This document shows, one piece after another, positions 43,782 through 54,400 of a stretch of DNA of 64,000 bases (its first letter is position 1; every line of letters starts with the position of its first letter). Origin of the DNA: Octopus sinensis (lineage: Eukaryota). Under the pieces are notes generated by a model. It had not been told where the DNA came from and ran no database searches. It saw only the letters and a program-made list of their open reading frames with translations. The stretch spans positions 69,502,001 through 69,566,000 of the forward strand of contig NC_042999.1 of assembly GCF_006345805.1 (NCBI RefSeq), read 5' to 3'. The position numbers were made by a program, and so were the translations under genes.

Positions 43782-44071
43782 TAAGAGGTACTGATGTCAA
43801 AAGGTACAGAAAACTTATATGTACACCATTCTGCTTAAATAATGGAACTGCAGACACAATATCCTTACGTATCTCACATCTGTTTTCATTCCTCCATTTC
43901 ACTCTGTATTTCATATCTTCTCCTTAATAACTATTACTTAAACAGTTTCTTGCACTGTTTCTCATGAAGGGATATATAAAATATACTGGAAACAGCTGTA
44001 AGACTTCTTTACAAAACTATTCACAGCCTTAGATTTTTTATCTCATTCTGTTAATTTTATTTATATATATA

Positions 44072-44115
<44 letters not shown>

Positions 44116-46068
44116 ATATAAATGATATATACTTAATATTACCAAAACAGTGACGTTGTGCTATAAAACAAATATGTATTTTGCTATTGTTTTGGTTAGA
44201 AATGTTACTGTTTGTCATAATGTTTCTGATTAAATTTCTGAAAATATGTTTGTGATGACATCATTTTCCTCCTTTGTTCCACAACATCTAAAACACATTC
44301 ACTATCAATGCTGAAATGTTTCACATATTTATATGTATACAAATATTTAAACAAAAGCCATGTTTCTGGTGAAAGAGTATCAGGTTAGATATTTAGTTTA
44401 AAACAAGTCAACATATTTCAACCAGAAAATGACGTAACAGAATATCGACTGTCAGTCGTTCATTTAACATTTGTTCTTCTCTGATAGTCAGGGTTAGACG
44501 AGAAGGTACTTGAAGCAAGATTTTAATGGCTGGATGCTCCTGTTGTCAACTCTTACAATTTTTTTTTTAAGAAAGGAAACTCTAATCTAACTCTAGAGGA
44601 ATTTGAAAGCCCAAAGCTAATGGAAGATTTTAGCAGGAAATATCAACAAATGTTACCAGTTGCAGCCAAACCACTAATGGTGACATCGCCTTTTGTAGCG
44701 CGGCTAAAAACTATGACATCACTGTTTGTAATATTGCTCACCTGCAGATTGAAAATATTTGCTCAATCCCACACACGCACACATACATACATACATACAA
44801 ATTTACACAAAAACTTAGAGCAAAAGAAACTGATACAGATTCTCCAAATCCAATCTATTAATGGCACAGTGAAGATTTCTAAGACATTCTAAAGATTCTC
44901 TATCTGAGATTCATTAGATGACTAGATACACACACTTGGGTGTGTGCATCGACAGCTCAACCAACCCATCAACTCAACCACATATTTACAAAAATTTGAA
45001 AAGTCTTGTCACTTTGTTACCAACTGGCTTGAACTCTCTTTAAAAGAACTTAAATAAAACTCAAAGAAAGACATACGTATATGTATACAAATATATATAT
45101 ATCATCTCATCTAGGTCGTCCCATGGAACTCCCCACATATATATATGCATGCATACATGATAGGAATCTCTCAGTTTTTTGCCTACCAAATTCTCTCACA
45201 GGCATTGGTCAGCCTAAGGCTATGATAGAGCACTTGCCCAAGGTGATGTGCAGCAGGGCTGAACCTGAAGCTACATAACTGAAAAGTGAACTTCTTAACT
45301 ACACCTCAAATGTTACTTAGTGCACTCATAATTAATTAATTCCAGCTTGACAAAGCTTTTATGCCCATTAGTAGAGTTTCTGTTTGCTGTTTTAAAACAA
45401 GAACAGCATTTCTTAAGGGTTATGATTGATGGATTTAGTGTCTGAAGAATAGACACATGCAACAAACCCCAGCTTTCTTGGTTAACTTTCTTCCCCCAGC
45501 TCAAGTCAATTTTATTTCCCATTGTCTTCCCCAACCTACCTTCTCCATCAATCACTTCCTTTTCATGCCTTCTCTCCCCTGTGCTGTTCTCCACCATTAA
45601 TACCTCACTTACCTGCTATCACCTTCAATGCCCTCACATATCCACCACAACCCCTGCTTCTGAACTTCTCCTATATGTTTCTCCCACCATTTGCTAGTCA
45701 CCTCAACCCTACCCACTCACCCAGTCCAAACTCTATATTATGCCACCTATCCTCCACTTCAATGTCGCTCAAGAGCATGCCCTGACACATCTTTGCCACC
45801 ATCCCTCTCACTACTGCTTTCTTCATCTTACCCTCTAATTCACTCTCCTTTCAACTGGGATATCTAGGAATCTATTCTACAGCAAGACACCCTTCTCTGT
45901 TCATTATTTACATTATTTTACATTTGCATGGTGAAGAAGCTAATTTCTCAAGCATGTAGTCTCAGGTTCAATTCCATTGTACACACCTTCAGTATGTGTC
46001 TTCTATATAGCCCGACTGACCAATGTCTTGTGACTTGGTTCAGTTTATGGAAACTGAGAGAAGTCCTA

Positions 46069-46123
<55 letters not shown>

Positions 46124-49100
46124 ATGTATTTGTGTAAATCTTAACATCATGTGATGATTGTAAAATGAGCACCCCTGTCATGTGAGTGATTTTGTCCATT
46201 TCCAGTCTTCTATGGAGAACATGTCTGGTTAGATGTAAATATGACCTTGTTTGAAAACAGGTGAAGGTTGGTGACAGGAAGGGTACCCAGCTGTAGAAAT
46301 CAGCCTCATCAAAATCTGTTTGACCCATGCACATACGGATAAATGGATATTAAATAATAAAGATGACATAAACACATGAAAGCCTTTCTATTTCCACCTA
46401 TCAAGTCCACTGAAAAAACTTTGGTTAACCTGGAGTTATAGTAGAAGACCCTTGCTCAAAGTGCCATGCATCAATAATTAGTTATAGACAACAAGCTTAT
46501 GAAAAAAAGGGGTTTCAGTCCCCCTGAGTGGCACCTTGGACAAGTGCCTTCTATATCTTCAGGCTGATCAAAGCTTTGTGAGTGGATTAGGTAGATGGAA
46601 ACTGAAAGAAGCCCATTGTATACACATATACATATACTTTTAGTCCCATTTTTTTACATTCCCATAACTTAGTGGTTCTGCAAGAGAGAACAACAGAGTA
46701 AGCACCAGGCTTTAAATAATAGTATTTGGTCTATTTGCTTGACTATAATTGTTCCTGGTGTTGCCCCAGCATGGCTGCAGTCTAATGACTGAAACAAGTA
46801 AAAAGATAGGGAAAAAAATGGTACTTTTACCTCACCCCCATTAAAAAATTGCCATTAAAAAAAATTGGATTATCTCCCTACTAAAATCCTTTTGATTCAA
46901 TACCTCAACACATTGTTGATGTTTGGCCCCTCAATAGGAATGGTATGGTTTGTTTTAAAAAAATAATCAGATTCAATAAGATGTTTAAGTTTTTTTCAGC
47001 ATTTATGTTTATTAATCTTTTTAGTTTTATATGATTGGTTATCAGATTCAATAAGAAGTTCTATCTCTCCATTTTTCATGTTTATTAATTTTTTCAGTTT
47101 TGTTTTGTTTTGTTTTATTAAGGGTTAAACAATTTTTTCAATTGTGGGAGAGGACCAAAAGTACCGATATTTCTCATAATACAGGGGAGACAACCCAATT
47201 TTTTAATGGGGTTCCCCAAAAATAAACAAAATAAAATGTTTACCTTCAAAAGAATATTCTTCAGCAGAAGGTTGCTTGGCTGCTGAACCAGATAACTGTT
47301 GTGGTTGAATAAATTTAGTACGAGTGGGATCAAGGATATCAAGGACACTAATATCATCACTGAATACTAAAAAACACAAAGAAAGAGAACACGTGAAATA
47401 CAGTACAATAGAGAATAGACTTTATTTACATTATTTACATTTGACGGATATTTGTCCTCATCTTGTTTGTTGTTAACACAACGTTTCAGCTGATATACCC
47501 TCCAGCCTTCATCAGGTGTCTTGGGGAAATTTCGAACTTGGGTTCTTATTCCTAAGGTATTTTTCCATGTTATTATTATTATTCCACTGCCTGGAATCAA
47601 ACTCAGAATTTGGGGGTTAGTAGCCTGTACTCTTAACCACTATGCCATATGCCTGTGGGCAATTATGGAGTAAATTTTAGGGCTTTTAAATCTAATATTT
47701 TCCTAACCTTCCATAATATTAGATTTATAAGCCCATAATTGCCCACAGGCATATGGCGTAGTGGTTAAGAGCGTGGGGTATTAACTCCAAGATTCCGAGT
47801 TCGATTCCAGGCAGTGACCTGAATAATAATACTAATAATAATAATAGTAATAACAAAAACAACAACATCGAAAAATACCTTAGGAATGAGAACCCAGGTT
47901 CAGAATTTCCCCAAGACACCTGATGAAGGCTGGAGGGAATATCAGCCGAACCGTGTTAACAACAAACAAGATAAAGGCAAATAGCTGTCAAATGTAAATA
48001 ATGTATATAATTCCTCATCTCTTAAATATAGAATTGTATTAGGGAATAGACTATTCTTTCATTTTTTATGGTAATTCTTGTGATTTTATTAATAACATAT
48101 TTTTACAGGAAGGAAAGAAGGACAGATAAACATTAAAAGTATAAAAGATCAAATTATCAGGGAAAAAACAACCCTAACTGTTGCTGCTTGATGTAGAAAT
48201 CTAGGCAAGTGGGGTCACAATCACCACTGTGATAACAAAGACGAACAATGGTTTAAATGTTTTGGAGCCATTTATTTTCTGCTCGTATGTAACATCGTGC
48301 AGGTGTACCATGTGTATATACAAATGTATGGCAAGTGTATGGTAGAAAAAACTTTGTCAGGTCATCATTCTATAAGCAACAGAAAATTGGTCAAACCGGT
48401 ACAAAGCCACGTTTGCAGTAACATAAAATAACCAATGAAGAACATTCAGGGATGACAGTGGGTTTTCTGAGATATAGATGGACACAAAAAGGGACCCCCA
48501 GCCCTTCTTCTGAAAACTAAACAACTTTGATCCCAGATACAAACTGGAAGTGACCCACTTCCGACAAGTTGTGAAAACTAATACAAAATAGTAATACAAT
48601 AGACTTACTGTTGGCGATAACAAAAACTATGTCATCAAATAAACAGAGAGAAAGAAAACAGGGTGAAGCTGGTGGGGAAGGGAGTAATAGGTTGTACACC
48701 CCAGAACAAATAGCATGTTTAGCCGTGCTTTCCAAACATGATTGCAAAAAGCGTTATCATGGGGAATGGTCAGTGATACTCACTGAGACAGCCACCCCAC
48801 CTCATAGGGCTCATTTCTCTGACAGGCCAGTTATCCCGATTTTGCCACTTGCATGTTAATTTCACAAGCAGGCTGTTCCGTTGATCGGATCAACTAGGAC
48901 CCTCATCGTCATAACCAACAGTATACCAGTATACTAATTGAAGGCAAGTGTTCTAGTAGTTAGTGTGTTGGCTTTGCATTCATGAGGAATGGGTTCAATT
49001 CCTAGACTGGGTGATATGTTGTGTCTTTGAGCAAGGTACTTGATTACAGACCACTCAGCTGTAAATGAATACCAAGTGACAACTGCAGCACTGTGGGCAG

Positions 49101-50171
49101 TGAGCCAGCAGGATTAGCACGCCAGTCAAAATACTTGGCTGTATTTTGTCTGTCTTCACGTTCTGAGTTCAAATTCCACCAAGGTCAACTTTGCGTTTCG
49201 TCCTTTCAGGATTGATAAAATATGAACGAGCTGAGTACTGGGGTCAATGTAATTGACTAAGCCCCCTCCTCCAAACTTGCTGGCCTTGTGCCAAAATTTG
49301 AAATCAATATTTAATTAATTGCCAATAGCCAGTTATGTATAATGGAGAGAAATAATTAAATGGTAATCACGCGTGCCTAATATCTCTGCAGGAAGGAGTC
49401 TGACATGAATTAAATAGCAGCATGAATAAGTATTCAGAATCATGAGGTGTAATTCGAAGAAAAGTGAGTGAAAGAGATAAGGTGTTCTACCTTTACCACA
49501 AACAAGTGATTTTACAAACTGGGCACGGGAGTTACTAACGTCACACTCCGGTTCTGGTTCTGGTTTCTTCACAAAGTCTTCAGATTCACTGAAATGAAGC
49601 TGTGCTGATTGTCGTTCTCGATCACGAATGCAGCGATCATCTGCATATATAAAAAAAATTTTTTTAATAAATAAATAATAATAATAACATTGTTTTGTCT
49701 TGGTATAAAAGATGGCCTACAGCAAATATTCTGCTGAATACCACATATTTGCTTGTCAGTTGTTTGACCTTAACCAGTTGAGCATGTCCCTTAGTAGTTG
49801 ACAATATGTGCTTCTCTGATCACGAGCAGAAGTAGTGGGAGAGCATCATAGCCAGGTGTTGAGAGGGATTCTTTGGGGTTTGAATAATACATCTCTGGAA
49901 ACATAGGTGTATCGTTCAACATCCTTAAACAACCCTTATTCAGGAACCATTTGAGCAGGATGGGTTACTCGACCTGAAGAAAATTCTAACTGGGCCCCAC
50001 CTGCAAGGTCATGTGCTGTTTATCTTGATATGAGATCACCATGTCGCGCACATATGGTTGTGATGTATGTGCCTAGTGTACCCTTATCAGATGGATAGTC
50101 ATGATGGGTATACTGGGCTTCGTATATTTTACCCCAGTGTCACTTTGATGGCATGCATTGCTCTCTCACTC

Positions 50172-50208
<37 letters not shown>

Positions 50209-51392
50209 TTTTCTTTCATTGGCTATAAGGGCCCAAGACATGAAAGACAATATAAAAGGACAAGAAAGAACTCACAAACAGGTGTGGGGTTTGCATTGAT
50301 CAAGGTGAAACACAACATTGAGGATATAACAAAAGGATATAAAAATAGAAATCAGAAGTATAAATAATTAATAAATATGTGGTTATTTGCCTGGGACTTA
50401 CAGCTACTTACAGAGTAACAGAAGGAGAAGGAGAGAGAGAGAGAGAGAGTGACTATCATGAGATGACAGAGGGTAAAAGTTCTTAAAGAGAGAGAACTGT
50501 TTCAGAGTTTTGGGGGTTTTTTTTCCTAATCATGAGAAGCCTTTTTCTTATGAGTAAAAGAGAATATGGTGATTCTGTATTTCCATAAAACCCATTTATT
50601 GGATATTCTTGTAGTTTTAGTGGTTGTAGACAGTGCTAGCTTGCCCTTTTATGAATAAACAGAATCCATAATAGCAGAATAGTTCACTTAGAGTAATTCA
50701 GGGAAAAATCCTCACAATAAGCCCAGGATTACTTTGCCATCTCCAAGGCACAGGAAGTGCCAACTTCCAGTTTCTTCCCTCCTACTTAGAAGAGTTCCAT
50801 TCAGCCGCACTAGTCTTTCTACTTTTGTTTACCTTTGGATAAACACATTAGAAGGCAGCACCTCTTTCTCATTGAATGTCCATGTTCCATGTTGGCATAG
50901 TTTGGACAATTCAACAGGATCTGATGGAGTTCAAGGACTGCATCACGCTGTTCTAGTCTGTTTGGCATGGTTTCTATGGATGGATGCCCTTTCTAACACC
51001 AATGGTGATTAGAAGGCTGCACCAGGCTCCAATCCAATCTGGCAAAGTTTCTACAGCTGGATGCTCTTCCTAACGCCAATCACTCCAAGAGTGTAGTGGG
51101 TGCTTTTACGTGCCACCAGCATGAGAGCCAGTCAGGCAGTTCTGGCAATGACCAAGCTCAAAAGGTGAAAGGCCTTGTTGAAGGCCCAACCTTCTGAGTT
51201 CTTTTATAGGGCTTAGAAAAACTAAAGGGCTGCTGCAATAAGCGTGTGAATCTGAGAGGGGGATATATTGAATAAACTCATAATTAACTGATCCTCCTGT
51301 ATTTTCTTTTACCTAAAGCCAGGAATGTTTCAGCACTCCCTCGTATGTATATACATATACCTAGCTACACACTCACACACACATACACACAC

Positions 51393-51437
<45 letters not shown>

Positions 51438-54400
51438 TACACACATATCTAAACATCTAGTTATCAGTTCATATCAACACACAGAGATATACACCTGTGA
51501 CCATGAAACAAAAGATAAAGTCAGGTGATTCAAGGAACCATACCTAGTTTCTGTAAGTTAGGCAGCAGCTGAATGAGATAAAGTCGATAATCTGGATCAT
51601 TACGTGTCACTGGATTCAGGCGTAAATCTAATTCCAGCAAGTTCTGGTTCTTCTGTAACACTTTTAGCTCTTCCAAAGAAGCTATATTATTGTAATATCT
51701 GAGATCAGATTTTTAAGGATCAAATTGAAGTTCTATATCAGCTGATCTGTGCATCTCTCTTCTCACAAACACAGGAATATACATAAGTATGTGTGCGTGT
51801 GCGCGTGTCTTTTGTCTTTTACTGGTTTGTCATTAGACTGCGGCCATGCTGGGGCACCACCTTGAAGAATTTTAGTCGAATGAATTAACCACAACACTTA
51901 TTTTTTTAAACTTGGTATTTCTTCTATCAGACTCTTTTGCCAAACTGCTAAGTTACTGGGATGTAAATACACTAATGCCAGTTGTCAAGCCGTGGTGGGG
52001 GGACAAACACAAACAGGGTGGCCCAAAAGTAGGTTTACAGTTATTCGACTATCTCTTTCGCATTCATATATCAACAGTTCAGATCTTAATTATAAAAAAA
52101 TATGAAACCATTATTCTATGCTAATATAGTTAATTAATTTTGTCAAGCTCCCTTTTCAGTGTGTAAGATAGAAATTTAAATGTACTAAAATGTTTTAAAA
52201 GAAATTTAAAATGTCTACATGATATCTGTAAACCTACTTTGGGGCCATCCTGTATATATAAATGTATATATGTATATATATATATGTCATCATCATCATC
52301 ATCATCATCATTTAACATCTGCCTTCCATGATGGTATGGGTTGGAGAGTGTGACAGAGGGCTGGCGAGCCAGAAGGTTGCACCAGTCTCCAATCTGATCT
52401 GGCAAAGTTTCTAAAGCTGGATGCCCTTCCTAATGCCAACCACTCCGAGAGTGTAGTGGGTGCTTTTATGTGCCACTGGCACAAAGGCCGGTCAGGCGGT
52501 ACTGGCATCAGCCACACTCGAATGGTGCTATTTACGTGCCACCTGCACAGGAGCCAGTCTGGTGGCACTGGTAACGACCACGCTTGAATGGTGCTTTAAT
52601 GTTCTACTGGCATGGGTACCAATCAAGTGGTACTGTCATTGGCCAAAACAACAGAATTCTTTCAGTTTCCATCTATCAGATCCACTCACAAGGCTTTGGT
52701 TGGCCTAAGGCTATAGTACAAGATACCCGTCCAAGGTACCATACAGTGAGACTGAATCCAGAATCAAGTGGTTGGGAAGCAAGCTTGTTACCACACAGCC
52801 ACACCTGAACCTATAAAAAATTACCAGTAAGGTGTTACAGAGAATCAAACCCTGTACCTATCAAACTCCAGCTGAACACTGCCTGTTTTATATATCACTC
52901 TCTAAAATATACCATATCAATTCAGTAAAGTAACCATGGGTTTACAAATTCAACTGGTGATGTATACCTTAGTGTCTCTTCAAGCACTGGTGTCACAAAT
53001 AATCAGTGGGCTCATTAAAAAGTAATTAAGAGCAGTACTGAGATTTTATATATATTGTTGATGAAAGATTTGGCTGTTATGCTGCTGGACATCTGCAACT
53101 GAGGAACCCATAGCAGGGTGAAATCAGGGGATCTGGCAGTTCCAAGGGACTGTAGCAGATTGATTCTCATCAGTCAATGATATAAATACAAGTGTTTTTA
53201 TGCAACATAAGTCCTTACAAGCGATCATCTCAAGGTAAATAATGCAATATTCAGTGTATTCTAATACAACCTCCACGTTAAGTTGGAGATCAAGATTACC
53301 CATTGAATTATGATTTGGGATCAGTAAATAGTTGAATATGACTTTTTCTAAAAAGTAACAAATTAATTTCAATGCAGACAGATTATTTTCTATTTTGCAT
53401 GTATTTCACATAAAGGATACAGATTGAGTTTTTCCAACAGCTTTAAATGTTCAAGACCCTGCAACAAAAGGAATTCAGTGAGTCACAGAACAAGAGGAAA
53501 ATTTTAAATGTTTAGACTAAAGGAAATTTTAGACCTGAGAGAGCCTGGTAGAGCGAAGGTATATGATATAATGGTTAGGATGTTGGTCTCATGATCATGA
53601 AGTCATAGTTTTAATTCCTGGACTGATTGGTGTGTTGTGTTCTTGAGCATGTTGCTCCAGTCCACCATCCTTCTCCTCCTCATCATCATCATTTAACATC
53701 CGCTTTCCATGTTGGCATGGGTTGGACGGTTTGATTGGGGACCAGCAAGCTAGAAGGCTCCACCAGACTCCAATCTGTTCTGGCAAGGTTTCTACAGCTG
53801 GATGCCCTTCCTAATGCCAATCACTCAGCGAGTGTAATGGGTGCTTTTTGCACGACACCGGCACAGGGGCTAGTCAGGTGGCATTGGCAATGACCACACT
53901 TGAATGGTGCTTTTTACATGCCACCAGCATGGGAGCCAGTCAGGGGCCACTAGTGTCGACCACGTTTGGATGGTGCTTTTTACATGCCACCGACATGGCG
54001 GCCAGTTAGGCAGCACTGGCATCGACCATGCTTGGATGATGCTTTTTACATGCCACCGGCATGGGAGCTAGTTAGGCAGCATTCCAACAATAGCTGGGAA
54101 GTCAACCTTATGAAGGACTAGCATACCGTTCAGAGGAGTGTGTTGCAATCTCAGTCACTTATATGCTAGTTGAAGCTATGTTGACCTCTAAGCTTATGAA
54201 CCCTAGGGGTCATGACACTTGACCATTAAGCAAAATAAGCACATGCTTAAGGGAAGGGGTTCAGTTCTACTGCATGGCACCTTGGGCAAGTGTCTTCTAC
54301 CATAGCCTCAGATTGACAAAGCCTTGTGAGTGGATTTGGTAGACAGGAACTGAAAAAAGCGTCATGCCTGTGTGTCTGTGTTTGTCCTCCATCAAAGCTT

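Noticed and set aside
47749-47819. tRNA gene
   Set aside because: A and B boxes are present but acceptor and T stems do not pair; it is a repeated part of the Penelope-like module. The same applies to the SINE heads.
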